Both the position numbers and the translations under genes were made by a program. From contig NDWU01000004.1 in the NCBI GenBank assembly GCA_003056285.1, positions 21,228 through 85,227 of the forward strand: a stretch of 64,000 bases of DNA, read 5' to 3'. Numbering within the stretch: position 1 is the stretch's first letter; every line of letters begins with the position of its first letter. Origin of the DNA: Candidatus Terraquivivens tikiterensis. Lineage in GTDB: Archaea > Thermoproteota > Nitrososphaeria_A > Caldarchaeales > Wolframiiraptoraceae. Below, piece after piece: positions 18,151 through 28,279 of the stretch. The notes beneath the pieces were generated by a model that was given only the letters and a program-made list of their open reading frames with translations, did not search any database and was not told the DNA's origin.

Positions 18151-19624
18151 GGTCGGCATAGTGGTCGGCGAGGCGACGCCCGAGAGGATACGTTTCTTCA
18201 CGAAGGATGCCGTGAGGGTTGGGGAGTTCGTCGTAGCGGATACGGAGGATGGTCAGGTCCTATACCTGGTCGAGGCATCTAGGCTTGAGAGCAAGCTCCT
18301 TTCGAGGGCCGGCGACTACATAACGGCTACGGAGGCAAAGGAGGCCAGCAAGGCCAACCCGAGGGACACCGTGAGGTACTGCGTAGCAAGGGCCATTGGG
18401 TTGGTCAGGGGAGTCTTAGAGGGCAGGCGCGTTTACCCAACGCTACCGCCGGAGCCAGGATCCCCCGTATTCTTAGCAGAGGACGATCTGCTTAGGAGGA
18501 TATTCCACAACGACTCTAGGGAGTGGGCGGTGGTCGGAAGGTTGCTTAGAAGGGAAGGTGTGGCCGTTTCTGTCAACTTGAACAAGGTTGCTTCGAGGCA
18601 TCTCGCGATATTGGCAGCTACAGGTAAGGGTAAGTCAAACCTTTTGGCGCTCATAGCAAAGAGGATAGCGGAGAAGAACGGGACGATGGTGGTCTTGGAC
18701 TATCATGCCGAGTACGGGAACCTGAGGGTCAAAAAGGCGAAGTTCATAAACCCGAGAATAAACCCAAGACGGCTGGACTCCGAGGAGCTGGCGGAGATGC
18801 TCGAGATAAGGCCCGACGCGACGAAGCAGAGGGAGGTGCTAAGGAGGGCGTACACAAAGCAGGTGGCGAGGTCGCCGAACTTCTGGGAGGCGCTAAAGGA
18901 GAACGTTCAGAATATCGGAGAGGTTGACCACCAAACGAGGAGCACGGCTGAGAGGGTATTGGAGATAATCGATAGGGGGCTCGCAACTAAGGGAAACATA
19001 TTCGATACCGAGGCGGAGAGCCCGCTCGCCCTCATCGAGCCCAATAGGATAAACGTACTAGACCTGTCGGAGTTTACTGAGACCCAAGCCCAGATAATCG
19101 TCGCACACTACCTAGCGGAAATCCTTAACGACAGGAAGAACGCGACGCTCGGCAGGAGCGCCAGGTTCAGGTCACCCGTGGTCGTAGCGGTCGAGGAGGC
19201 TCATACCTTCCTACCGCAGGAAAAGCGTTCTAAATGCTCTGACGTACTGGCCAGGATAGCAAGGGAGGGCAGAAAGTTTGGGGTTTCGTTGATCCTGGTT
19301 TCGCAGAGGCCGTGTAAGCTGGATGCTGACGTGGTGAGCCAGATGGGAAGCTTCGCCATATCCGGCCTAACACACCCGAGGGACCAAAGCTTCGTCATGG
19401 AAGTAACGGATGAGGTCTCGACGGAGTTGGGAGCATCCCTCCCAAGCCTCAACACCGGCGAGATGATACTCGCGGGTCAATGGGTGACTGTGCCGGCGCT
19501 AGTTAAGGTAGACCTAGTAGAAGAGAAACTCTTGGGAAAGGATTTGGATGCGATAGGGATGTGGGCCGAGGAGGCTGGCATGGGACGGAAGGCTGTTTCG
19601 ACGGAGGAGCTCATAAAGCTATGA
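18143..19624 (+). CDS. herA: HerA hexameric DNA translocase/helicase
   Basis: 493 aa with Walker A ILAATGKGKSN and Walker B VVVAVEEAH. The TTG start overlaps the nurA stop (TTGGTTGA). Confidence 0.85.
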   Translation: MVEVGIVVGEATPERIRFFTKDAVRVGEFVVADTEDGQVLYLVEASRLESKLLSRAGDYITATEAKEASKANPRDTVRYCVARAIGLVRGVLEGRRVYPTLPPEPGSPVFLAEDDLLRRIFHNDSREWAVVGRLLRREGVAVSVNLNKVASRHLAILAATGKGKSNLLALIAKRIAEKNGTMVVLDYHAEYGNLRVKKAKFINPRINPRRLDSEELAEMLEIRPDATKQREVLRRAYTKQVARSPNFWEALKENVQNIGEVDHQTRSTAERVLEIIDRGLATKGNIFDTEAESPLALIEPNRINVLDLSEFTETQAQIIVAHYLAEILNDRKNATLGRSARFRSPVVVAVEEAHTFLPQEKRSKCSDVLARIAREGRKFGVSLILVSQRPCKLDADVVSQMGSFAISGLTHPRDQSFVMEVTDEVSTELGASLPSLNTGEMILAGQWVTVPALVKVDLVEEKLLGKDLDAIGMWAEEAGMGRKAVSTEELIKL

Positions 19625-20736
19625 TCATCGGGCACATGTCGGATACGCACCTTGGAGCCTATGCAGGAAGGGACGAGGAGAGGGAGGAGGACTACTACGA
19701 TGCGTTCAGGGAGGCCATAGAGCTGTTCATAAAGGACCGCGTCGGGCTTGTCATACATTCGGGCGATATACTCGACACACCAAAGCCGTATGGAACCGCC
19801 ATGAAGGTTCTTGTGGAGGGGGTTAAGCGGCTGGATGAGAAGGGCATAAGGTTCCTCTTTACGCTGGGAGAGCACGACATATCCAACGTTCCCAGCACGC
19901 CCCACCCCTACATACTTGACGTCATAGGCGTTGCCAACTACGTTGGAAAAGGCGAGCCGCTGGTTGTCGGCGACGTAACCGTTGTAGGTCTTCACAAGTA
20001 CAAGAGAACGGATGCGGATAGGTTACACGAAAGGCTAAAGGAGGTTGCCGAGAAGGCGAGGCAAGCCGATGGGAAGAAGAAAGTACTCGTGCTGCACCAG
20101 GGACTCCATGGGTTACACGAGTTTGTTGGCGAGCTGTCGAGGGACGAAATCCCGATGGGGTTCGACTACTATGCCATGGGACACTTCCACGTCTCCTACA
20201 AGTTTAGGCACGGTGGCGGGCTGGGTGCTTACCCAGGGGCAACCCACTGGGTGAGCTGGAGAGACCCGGATGAATCCTTCGTCAACATAGTCGACCTTTC
20301 TGGCGACGAGCCGACGATAAGCCATGTTAGGCTGAAGTCCGTAAGGCCTAAGATGGAGAGGCATTCAAAGCTCGAGGCGCTAAGCGATGTTATCGAGGAG
20401 CTCGTATCGTCCGTGCAAGAGGCCCATAAGAAGCCCTGCCTCTTACTAAACGTAGAGGCAAGCAGGCCTTTTGACCCTAGGCCGTTCGAGGATGCGCTAA
20501 GGAGCCGCTATATTGTCACGGTTAAGCAGACCTTGAAGGAGGCGGGTGCTGAGGTTCTACATGAGGTACCCGACGTGGATGCTGAGCTTATGAGGTTGGC
20601 GGAAAACGCTATGGGTAGCAGGGAGAAGGCCGAGTTTGCGCTTCTCGAGCTGCTCAGGGTCCTAAACGGAGACGATTGGAGGAAGGAGGCGCTCGAGCTC
20701 ATCTGGAGGGTCTTCAAGGAGGGGAGGCTGAGATGA
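19621..20736 (+). CDS. mre11: Mre11 nuclease
   Basis: Phosphoesterase motifs DTHLG, GDILD, GEHD (usually GNHD), LHQG and GHFH. ATG 19621 overlaps the herA stop (ATGA). The ORF-track start at 19561 is rejected. Confidence 0.85.
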   Translation: MIIGHMSDTHLGAYAGRDEEREEDYYDAFREAIELFIKDRVGLVIHSGDILDTPKPYGTAMKVLVEGVKRLDEKGIRFLFTLGEHDISNVPSTPHPYILDVIGVANYVGKGEPLVVGDVTVVGLHKYKRTDADRLHERLKEVAEKARQADGKKKVLVLHQGLHGLHEFVGELSRDEIPMGFDYYAMGHFHVSYKFRHGGGLGAYPGATHWVSWRDPDESFVNIVDLSGDEPTISHVRLKSVRPKMERHSKLEALSDVIEELVSSVQEAHKKPCLLLNVEASRPFDPRPFEDALRSRYIVTVKQTLKEAGAEVLHEVPDVDAELMRLAENAMGSREKAEFALLELLRVLNGDDWRKEALELIWRVFKEGRLR

Positions 20737-23009
20737 TCGCCAGGGTCCTACTCAAGAACTTCATCTCCCACTCTCACACGGAGCTGAGCCTAGGGCCGGG
20801 CCTTCACGTCTTCGTCGGCAGGAACGGCTCAGGGAAGACTTCCGTCATAGATGGGATAACCTATGCTCTCTTCGGTAAGCATGGGAGGGGAGAGAACGTC
20901 AACATAGCCAGGGATGGTGCGCACAAGGGAGGCGTGGTGGAGGTGGAGTTCATGCTCGGAGGTAAAAGGTACCTGGTAAGCAGGAGCTTCGACAGCCAAG
21001 GCAGGCTAGAGGACGCATACGTAAGGGTCGACGGAAAGCCTTTGGTGAAGGGTGAGAAAAAGAGGGAGGATACTGTAACCAAGAAGGTCGAGGAGGTCCT
21101 GGGCATGGGATACGAGAGGATGAGGGCATCCGTGGTTATACAGCAGGGGGAGATCGACAGGATACTCTCTTGGCAACCGAGGGAGATAAAGGCGCTCTTT
21201 GACGACCTATTAGGCCTCGGCATGATGGAGAGCGCTTACGCGAGGATGGGGAACGTGATTAAGGATTTTGAGGAGAGGGTAAGGGAGGAGACGAAGTACT
21301 CTGTGGACGACGTCGAGAGAATAAGCAAAGAGATCTCAGAGTCAGAGTCCGCTCTAACAAGGCTCGAGGTGGAGCTGAGGGAGAAGGAGGAGCGATTTGC
21401 CGAGCTAAAGGAGAGGCGCGATGCGATTAAGAGCGCGTTGGAAACGATGGAGCGTTATAAGGATGCGTACTACGACGCTCTATCCAAAGTTAATTCGGTC
21501 AAGCTCATCGCTAAAGATTGGATAAGAAGAAAAGAGGAGGAGATCGAGAGGTGCGCGTCTGCATTGAGAGCTATGGGAATGATGGATGAGGTCAGCAAGA
21601 GGATGAAGAGAAGGGATGAGCTGAAGGATGGGATGACGAAGTTGGAGGCGGAGATTGGGCAGCTCGAAAGGGAGATAAACAAAATAAAGGCCGAGAGGGC
21701 TGAGGTCGAGAAGAGGCTAGAGGCCTTAGGTCGGAGAGAGGTTAAGGGGAGGGCGTTTTCCGAGCTCATCAGGGAGGTAGAAAACAAGACGGCCGAGCTT
21801 GTCGAGCTGGCCGTAGAGCTCGGCAGGGCACTTTCTGCTGAAGACGGAAGGGAGATTGCTCTGAAGGAATCCGTGGAGAAGAAAAGGGAGGAGATAATCC
21901 AGCTTTTTATGGAATCCTACACGTCCGGTCTCCAGACGTACTTCGAGGACCTAAGGGCCAGAGCGAGGAGACTATATGGTGAGGAAGAGGAACTATCGTC
22001 GAGGCTGGAGTCGTTGAGGCTGAGGCTGAGGGCCATGAGGGAAGAGCTTGAGAAGGCCTCGAGACTGGATGGTAAGGATGTTGAGCGCCTGAACGAAGAA
22101 GTTAGGAGGTCTAAGGCAGTGTTGGAAGCAGCCGGAATCAACAGCAACGAGGAGCTGGAGCTTGAGAGGAAAGCGCTGGAGGGTGTCAAAAGGACCCTAG
22201 CGGTCATTCAGGAGGATGCTCTTCCGGACGTTGAATCGCTCAGGGCGCTAGCCGTTACGGATGAGGCCGCCCGCATGGTAAAGGAGGCGGAGGCCGCGGT
22301 CTCCGATGCCAAGGCATTCGATAAGGAGCGTTACGAGGAGCTTAGGAAATCTTACGAGGAGCTGCAGAGGAGCATTGGTGTGCTGCAAGGGGAGCTTGAG
22401 AGGATCAGGAAAGAAATCCAGGAGAGGGATGAAAAGATTAGGAAGCTCAGGGAGGTCTTATCCGTCCTTCGGGATGCCAAAAGGTTCAGGGATTTCCTCA
22501 TGGAAATTAGGGACAAAGTGTACCACAGGGATGGCCCCGTACTAAAATCCCTTAGGTCGTGGGCGATCAAGGAGACCTCGAGGATTGCCACCGGGCACTT
22601 AGAGATGTTCAACGCCAGCGTCGACGGCGTGAAGCTTGAGGAGGTAAAAAATGAGCTCGTGATCAAGTGCTACCAGAGGGGGTTGGAAGTCGACGCCAAG
22701 AGGCTTAGCGGCGGCGAGAAGGTCGCAGTGGCGCTTGCGCTTAGGCTCGCCATCGGCGACGTCCTGGGCGCGAGGAGGTTGGGCTTCTTCGTGCTAGACG
22801 AGCCGACCGTGCACCTCGACTCCGAGAATAAGAAGAGGCTTGCGGAGGTCTTCTCTGCGCTGAGCAGAGATGTAAGGCAGGTAATCGTCATCACGCATGA
22901 CGAGGAAGTCTTCGAGGAATCCGAGGCTATACTTCACAGGTTCGAAAGAGGGCCCGGGAGGGAGGAGTACACTAGAGTGGAGCCCTTTGGAAAGCTGACG
23001 CACGGCTAA
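20733..23009 (+). CDS. rad50: Rad50 ATPase (758 aa) lacking a recognisable CxxC zinc hook
   Basis: Walker A GRNGSGKTS, signature LSGGEKVAVALA, Walker B FFVLDEPTVHLD and a long E/R/L coiled coil. ATG 20733 overlaps the mre11 stop (ATGA). Only two isolated Cys residues and no CxxC. Confidence 0.8.
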   Translation: MIARVLLKNFISHSHTELSLGPGLHVFVGRNGSGKTSVIDGITYALFGKHGRGENVNIARDGAHKGGVVEVEFMLGGKRYLVSRSFDSQGRLEDAYVRVDGKPLVKGEKKREDTVTKKVEEVLGMGYERMRASVVIQQGEIDRILSWQPREIKALFDDLLGLGMMESAYARMGNVIKDFEERVREETKYSVDDVERISKEISESESALTRLEVELREKEERFAELKERRDAIKSALETMERYKDAYYDALSKVNSVKLIAKDWIRRKEEEIERCASALRAMGMMDEVSKRMKRRDELKDGMTKLEAEIGQLEREINKIKAERAEVEKRLEALGRREVKGRAFSELIREVENKTAELVELAVELGRALSAEDGREIALKESVEKKREEIIQLFMESYTSGLQTYFEDLRARARRLYGEEEELSSRLESLRLRLRAMREELEKASRLDGKDVERLNEEVRRSKAVLEAAGINSNEELELERKALEGVKRTLAVIQEDALPDVESLRALAVTDEAARMVKEAEAAVSDAKAFDKERYEELRKSYEELQRSIGVLQGELERIRKEIQERDEKIRKLREVLSVLRDAKRFRDFLMEIRDKVYHRDGPVLKSLRSWAIKETSRIATGHLEMFNASVDGVKLEEVKNELVIKCYQRGLEVDAKRLSGGEKVAVALALRLAIGDVLGARRLGFFVLDEPTVHLDSENKKRLAEVFSALSRDVRQVIVITHDEEVFEESEAILHRFERGPGREEYTRVEPFGKLTHG

Positions 23010-23014
23010 AAATC

Positions 23015-23731
23015 CTAGGAGCCGTTGCTGATCCCTAGGTAGAGCGCCGAGAGCTGCGGATGGTTTAGGAGCTCGTCGCACCCTCCCTCGAAAGAAAGCC
23101 TCCCGCCAACCAGGAGGTAAGCCCTGTCGCCTATCTCCAGGGCCTTCTTAGCGTTCTGCTCCACCAAAACTATCGTGACGCCCGTCGTATCCCTCAGCTC
23201 TACTATCTTCTCGAGGACGCTGCTGGCTACTTTTGGCGCGAGCTCGCTCGTCGGCTCGTCGAACATCATGACCTTTGGCCTCCTAAGGAGGGCCATGGCC
23301 ATAGCGACCATCTGCCTCTCGCCGCCGCTAAGCAGCCCGGCCTTCGTCCGCCAATACTTCTTTACGAGCGGGAACATCTCGCAGACCTCCTTCAGCCTCT
23401 CCGCCCTCTCGGATTTGTCTAAGGTGTAACCGGCCATCATCATGTTCTCCTCAACGCTTAAGTTCTCGAAGACTTTCCCGAGCTGTGGTAGGTAAGCTAT
23501 GCCGAGTTTGGCTATCTCGTGAGGGGGCTTGCCGACGAGCTCCATGCCCTTGAACCTAACGGATCCGGAGTATACCGTGGCCAGCCCGAATATGGATTTC
23601 AACAAAGTGCTCTTGCCGCTTCCGTTGGGCCCGACTATCGTGTTTATCTTACCAGGCTGAAAGCTGGCCGAGATGTCGAAGAGCACTTGAAGCTTACGGT
23701 AGCCGGAGTTCAGGTTCTTTATCTCTATCAT
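23015..23731 (-). CDS. livF: Branched-chain amino-acid ABC transporter ATP-binding protein (LivF-type)
   Basis: GPNGSGKST, LSGGERQMVAMAMAL and MMFDEPTSELAP, with LivF-like size. Confidence 0.9.
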   Translation of the reverse strand: MIEIKNLNSGYRKLQVLFDISASFQPGKINTIVGPNGSGKSTLLKSIFGLATVYSGSVRFKGMELVGKPPHEIAKLGIAYLPQLGKVFENLSVEENMMMAGYTLDKSERAERLKEVCEMFPLVKKYWRTKAGLLSGGERQMVAMAMALLRRPKVMMFDEPTSELAPKVASSVLEKIVELRDTTGVTIVLVEQNAKKALEIGDRAYLLVGGRLSFEGGCDELLNHPQLSALYLGISNGS

Positions 23732-23737
23732 GCCGTT

Positions 23738-24499
23738 CTAACCTCCGAGGTAGGCATCGATAACTCTCCTATCGGAGACGACATCCTCAGGCCTACCGGA
23801 TGCTATCATCGTGCCTGCCGCCATCACGTAAACATAATCAACATAGCGGAGGGCTATGTCAAGCCTGTGCTCTATTGTCAGGATCGTCAGGTTCTTCTCG
23901 TCCCTGAGCTTCCTGAGGGTTTTGAATATCTCATGGGCGAGTACGGGGTTCACGCCGGCTATCGGCTCGTCCATTATCAGCAGCCTCGCGCCGGCCATGA
24001 GTGCCCTCCCGACCTCCAAAAGCTTCATCTGGCCCCCGCTCAGCTTCTCTGCCTCCTGGTTCCATAGGTGATCCAGCTTAAGGAATTCGAGGAGCTCGAA
24101 AGCCCTCTCTACGGCCTCCTCCTCGAACCTCCTCCACCCGCTCCTCCTCAAGGCTGAGAGGAAGCCTTCTCCGGGGTTGCCTGGATACACGACAAGCATG
24201 TTCTCCAGGACAGTTAGCTTCCTGAATGGTTGAGGTATCTGGAAGGTCCTAGCTACTCCGAGCCTAAATATCTCATGGGGTGGGAGACCTGTTATGTCCG
24301 TGCCGTCGAAGAGTATCTTTCCACGATCAGGCTTGTATACTCCAGTCACCAGGTTGATGAGCGTAGTCTTGCCGCTTCCGTTGGGCCCTATTAGAATCGT
24401 TAAGGTGTTCCTCTGGACGTCCATGCTAACCCCGGCTAGGGCTACGAGGCCTCCGAAGCTCTTCGTTACGTCCCTGACCTTCAGCATGCTATCTGGCAT
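23738..24499 (-). CDS. livG: Branched-chain amino-acid ABC transporter ATP-binding protein (LivG-type)
   Basis: GPNGSGKTT, LSGGQMKLLEVGRAL and LIMDEPIAGVNP, with a LivG-like C-terminal extension. Confidence 0.9.
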   Translation of the reverse strand: MPDSMLKVRDVTKSFGGLVALAGVSMDVQRNTLTILIGPNGSGKTTLINLVTGVYKPDRGKILFDGTDITGLPPHEIFRLGVARTFQIPQPFRKLTVLENMLVVYPGNPGEGFLSALRRSGWRRFEEEAVERAFELLEFLKLDHLWNQEAEKLSGGQMKLLEVGRALMAGARLLIMDEPIAGVNPVLAHEIFKTLRKLRDEKNLTILTIEHRLDIALRYVDYVYVMAAGTMIASGRPEDVVSDRRVIDAYLGG

Positions 24500-24547
24500 C
24501 TACTATACTGCATAGCATAAAAATGGGGAGTTTAAATCCTTTTCATG

Positions 24548-25828
24548 CTACTTCCAGACGATTTCGGCCGTTGCTCCGTGATAGATCCCCGTAACTTTCC
24601 ACTCGTACGTTCCGGGCGCTGTCTTGACTATCTCCGTTAATTCGTAGTCGGCTCCAATCCTGTCGCCAGTCTCGTCAAGCATGATGTAACCGCTGGCGCC
24701 ATAATAGTGCGCCAGTATCTGGGGCATTGCTGAGATTATGGCATCTACGTCGTATTTGTTTGTGGCGAGGAGAGCGAGCGTGATAACCCAAACAGCGTCG
24801 TAGGTGTTGTAGGCGTAAGGCTCAGGAGGTCTGCCAACGGCCTTGCTGATCTTTTCCAGAAGCTCCTGGTATTTTGGCGTCTTCGTGGGGGCAAATATCG
24901 GGCTGACAAACCTGACGCTGCTCGAGAACTCCGCAGTCTTCGCCTCCTTTATAAGGGAGCCCTCGTATGCCGTTCCATCGCTACCGAACCACTTCACCTT
25001 CCATAGCACGTCGTATTCCCTTGCAGACAGCATGAAGGTCGTGGCCTCCCCGTACGTTATCAAAAGGACCATTATCTTCTCGGGCGGTACGCCCTGCTCG
25101 ACAAGCTTGCTGACCTCGGAGTTTAAGCTGGCGACCTCGGCCGAGTAGTCCGTAGCGGCCTCGGCTATCCTGAATTTGCCGGAAACAGTTATTCCAAGCT
25201 CTTTCGCGGTCTTCTCCGCGACCTCAGCCAGCCCGTCACCCCACGGGTTCGCTAGATAGACTATAAACATATGCGTTACTCCGAGCATCTTGGCAAACCT
25301 AGGACCTATCGGCCCTTGGTAAAGGTCGTTAGGGCAGAACCTATAGATGTAGTCGCCCTTTATCGATAGCGCAGGCGATGTCGAGGATTGGGATATGATA
25401 AGTATTTTGTTCGCGTCCGCGTACTCCTTTACCTTCATTACCTCACCGCTACCCATGGGTCCTATGACGACCTTGATGCCCTTAGCGTGCAAACTCATCA
25501 GCTTCTCCAGAGCAACCTCTGGCTTTGTTTCTGTATCCTCGACGTAAAGCTTCAGCCTCCAGTTGGCTCCTACCTTTGCTAGGAAAGCGTTAGCCTCGTC
25601 CACGGCCGTTTGTATAGACACCTTATCGTTCTCGCCAAAAGCACTCAAGGGCCCGCTCAGCGGCAGGAGGGCGCCTATGGGAACTTCGCCGCTTAGGCCG
25701 ACCGCGGGAGCGGCAGGGGCAACTCTAGCCACATATGGCGTTACGACGACTCCTATACCTATACCGACCAGCAGCGTTACTATGGCGACGGCTATCGCTA
25801 CGGCTTTTGTTATGCCTTTTTCCATCAT
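24548..25828 (-). CDS. livK: Liv-type (type I periplasmic-binding fold) substrate-binding protein, membrane anchored
   Basis: N-terminal TM anchor AVAIAVAIVTLLVGIGIGVVV followed by a ~390-aa LivK/LivJ-like domain. Start is taken at the MMEKG ATG. The ORF track starts 36 nt earlier. Confidence 0.8.
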   Translation of the reverse strand: MMEKGITKAVAIAVAIVTLLVGIGIGVVVTPYVARVAPAAPAVGLSGEVPIGALLPLSGPLSAFGENDKVSIQTAVDEANAFLAKVGANWRLKLYVEDTETKPEVALEKLMSLHAKGIKVVIGPMGSGEVMKVKEYADANKILIISQSSTSPALSIKGDYIYRFCPNDLYQGPIGPRFAKMLGVTHMFIVYLANPWGDGLAEVAEKTAKELGITVSGKFRIAEAATDYSAEVASLNSEVSKLVEQGVPPEKIMVLLITYGEATTFMLSAREYDVLWKVKWFGSDGTAYEGSLIKEAKTAEFSSSVRFVSPIFAPTKTPKYQELLEKISKAVGRPPEPYAYNTYDAVWVITLALLATNKYDVDAIISAMPQILAHYYGASGYIMLDETGDRIGADYELTEIVKTAPGTYEWKVTGIYHGATAEIVWK

Positions 25829-25913
25829 CTTTATCAACCTGCTTGAACATGTTAAAGTCACCATCTAGTTTATAAAGCTTTGGCTAAAGTTATTAACCGG
25901 CCCGTTAGATTGG

Positions 25914-26855
25914 ATGCTTCGGCAGGGAAGGATAGGGTTGAGCCTTCTTCTCCTAAGGGATGCCGTGATCTTCAGCTCGCTGCTGATGATGCTTAGCGCG
26001 GGGTTGACCCTGACGTACATGACGACGAAAGTCCCAAACTTCGCCCATGGAGACTTCGCTACACTGAACGTGTACGCAGGTCTCGCCTTAGTCCGCCTAC
26101 TCAACGTTAGCCCGTACCTTGGCATGATCCCAGCATTCCTGATAGGAGGGGTTGCTGCTCTGGTGCTTTACTTGGCCGTGCTGAAACCTTTAACTGACAG
26201 GGGTGCCAATTACGTGATCCTAATGATCGCGACGATAGCTTACGACATGATCCTATTATCTTTGATCAACATATCCGCCGACTATCTTAACAGGGTCCAC
26301 AAGCTTATCACGAGGCTCTTCCAGCTGAGGGACTTTGACGTAGAGCTCCTTGGTCAGCCTGGACTGTTTGTCGTAGCACCTTTCCTTGCGTTCGCCATGA
26401 TAACCTCGCTCTACATCTTCCTAAACAGGACGAAGTTCGGCGTTGCGATGAGGGCTGCGATAGAGAACCCATCTTTAGCAGAGGTCGTCGGGATAAACAT
26501 CAACCTAGCGTACGCAACCTCCTGGTTCATCTCAGGGGGTCTGGCTGGTGTCGTCGGCGTCCTCATGCCGCTCTACATGACATGTAACCCGGACATAGGG
26601 GTAAGGTTGCTGATCAGCATATTCGCCGCAAGCATCCTAGGAGGCTTGAGCAACATATACGGGGCCTTTCTCGGAGGCGCAGTGATAGGTTTTGCCGAGG
26701 TGCTGGGAACAGGCTACCTCTCGATGGCTCTTGGGCCATGGGTCGTTCCTTACCGCCCCGTGATACCTCTAATCATAATGATGCTGACGCTAATCTTCGC
26801 TCCTAAGGGTTTGGCCGGCGTAGATTGGAAGAGGTTCGTGAGAAGGGTGGGCTAG
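25914..26855 (+). CDS. livH: Branched-chain amino-acid ABC transporter permease (LivH-type)
   Basis: 313-aa polytopic membrane protein with a LivH-like N-terminus (GLTLTYMTTKVPNFAHGDF). Divergent from livK-G-F. Confidence 0.85.
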   Translation: MLRQGRIGLSLLLLRDAVIFSSLLMMLSAGLTLTYMTTKVPNFAHGDFATLNVYAGLALVRLLNVSPYLGMIPAFLIGGVAALVLYLAVLKPLTDRGANYVILMIATIAYDMILLSLINISADYLNRVHKLITRLFQLRDFDVELLGQPGLFVVAPFLAFAMITSLYIFLNRTKFGVAMRAAIENPSLAEVVGININLAYATSWFISGGLAGVVGVLMPLYMTCNPDIGVRLLISIFAASILGGLSNIYGAFLGGAVIGFAEVLGTGYLSMALGPWVVPYRPVIPLIIMMLTLIFAPKGLAGVDWKRFVRRVG

Positions 26856-26856
26856 G

Positions 26857-27924
26857 ATGCCTATCCCTCTTCCCATCACGTTCCTCATAGATTTGCTGAC
26901 GCTCTTCGGCCTGTTCGCTATAATATCCATGAGCCTGAACCTTGAGTTCGGGTATGCGGGGATACCGAACTTTGGCAAGATGCTCGCCGTCGCCGGCGGT
27001 GCCTTCTTCGTCGGAGCAGTTCCTGGCAGGGTTATCGCGTACATGCTAGACGTGCCCACGAGCCTTGACTTCTTCAGAAACAACCTCGAGGTCGTCTCCC
27101 TGGTTAACCAAGCCCTGGCATCCAACCCGATAATCTCAACCCTCTACCTCTTGGCATCGCTGGCAGGGGCCGCCTTGGCCGGAGCTGCTCTGGGATACAT
27201 CGCATCCTATCCCGGGATAAGGCTTAGGGGCGATTACCTTGCCATGACGCTTCTGGCAATGGCCGAGGTGCTGAGGGTCATAGGGGATAACTGGGAGCCG
27301 CTCATCGGGGGAAGCCTCGGCGTCCGGATACCAGACCCGTTCAGGTGGGTAGGCGGGGAGTACAGGTCGCTTTCCGTGGCCCTTACGATACTTGGGGTAA
27401 CGGCGGCGATGTTCGTCTACTTAGAGCTCGTTAGCAAGTCCCCCCTCGGTAGGACCCTTAAGGCGGTAAGGGACGAGGAGCTCTCGGCCAGGGTCTACGG
27501 GAAAGACGTCGATAGGCTGAGGGTCAAGACGCTCATCGTGGGCTGCGCGATAGCCGCAGTCAGCGGAGCGCTCTACTCTTTCCTCACGGCTAGCGTGTCG
27601 GCCCGTGACTTCAACAGGGTCACGCATACGTTCTGGCCTTGGGTCATGGTGCTCGTCGGAGGGGCCGGCAACAACCTCGGAGCCGTCGTGGGAGCCGGCA
27701 TATTCGTGACGCTCCGGAGGCTCATAACGTTCTACAAGAGTTATTTCGAGGCCATAGTGCCCTTCGACGTCGTCTGGCTCGAGTACATGCTGCTCGGGCT
27801 TGCGCTCATCCTCGTCCTGCTCTACAGGCCTGAAGGTTTGTTGCCAGAGAGGCCGACCAGAACCTTAAAGCGTGGTGACATCCTTAGGGTGATCTCGCGC
27901 ATGAAGCGTAAGGAAGAAAATTGA
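26857..27924 (+). CDS. livM: Branched-chain amino-acid ABC transporter permease (LivM-type)
   Basis: 355-aa polytopic membrane protein starting 1 nt after the livH stop. It has LivM-like LNLEFGYAGIPNFG. Confidence 0.85.
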   Translation: MPIPLPITFLIDLLTLFGLFAIISMSLNLEFGYAGIPNFGKMLAVAGGAFFVGAVPGRVIAYMLDVPTSLDFFRNNLEVVSLVNQALASNPIISTLYLLASLAGAALAGAALGYIASYPGIRLRGDYLAMTLLAMAEVLRVIGDNWEPLIGGSLGVRIPDPFRWVGGEYRSLSVALTILGVTAAMFVYLELVSKSPLGRTLKAVRDEELSARVYGKDVDRLRVKTLIVGCAIAAVSGALYSFLTASVSARDFNRVTHTFWPWVMVLVGGAGNNLGAVVGAGIFVTLRRLITFYKSYFEAIVPFDVVWLEYMLLGLALILVLLYRPEGLLPERPTRTLKRGDILRVISRMKRKEEN

Positions 27925-28035
27925 TATCCACATGGCTGGAGCCTGTGGTGCTCTGCCGGCTTCCTGGCACTTCAAACCAACCCTAATCCGGGACGTGCCG
28001 CAGGCCTGCTTGCCAACCCCTTTCCTATTCGGGCT

Positions 28036-28066
28036 CAGGACGTCCTCCTGCTTTTTTTCAGTTTTC
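28036..28066 (+). terminator. Possible oligo-T termination signal downstream of livHM
   Basis: CAGGACGTCCTCCTG is followed by T7 (28052-28058) and T4 (28062-28065), ~130 nt after the livM stop. Archaeal termination commonly uses oligo-T. Confidence 0.3.
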
Positions 28067-28279
28067 GGCACCCATCCGAACCTAAGGCGCGGGCCTTCTC
28101 AACAGTTTGGCAAGGGGTTCTGGGCCAAGCTTGGATACGTATCCGCGCTTAGCCCTTGAGCTCCATCCTCCTCCGGGTCCATCGGGCTCTGCTCATTTCG
28201 GGTCTTTACTGCAGCACTCATATCTGGAGCAGCTTTTGGGCGTCAAATTTCGAAACTTATAAGCTGCTGATTACGGCGT

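Noticed and set aside
19561-20732. N-terminal extensions in the ORF track for mre11 (19561), rad50 (20676), radA (50224), the glycosyltransferase (55776), the Mut7-C-like gene (54424), the Fap7-like gene (11967), bud32 (58342) and the ModE-like regulator (29479).
   Set aside because: The extensions overlap the upstream gene or the divergent promoter, and they lack family-conserved sequence. Internal starts give canonical N-termini and typical 4-nt couplings.
28025-28060. Minus-strand GGAGGACGUCCUGAGCC, resembling RNase P CR-I (GAGGAAAGUCCGGGCUCC).
   Set aside because: It is a palindromic GGACGTCC element next to an oligo-T tract, which fits a terminator better. A ~300-nt RNase P RNA here would have to overlap the livM coding region, and no CR-IV/CR-V partner was found.
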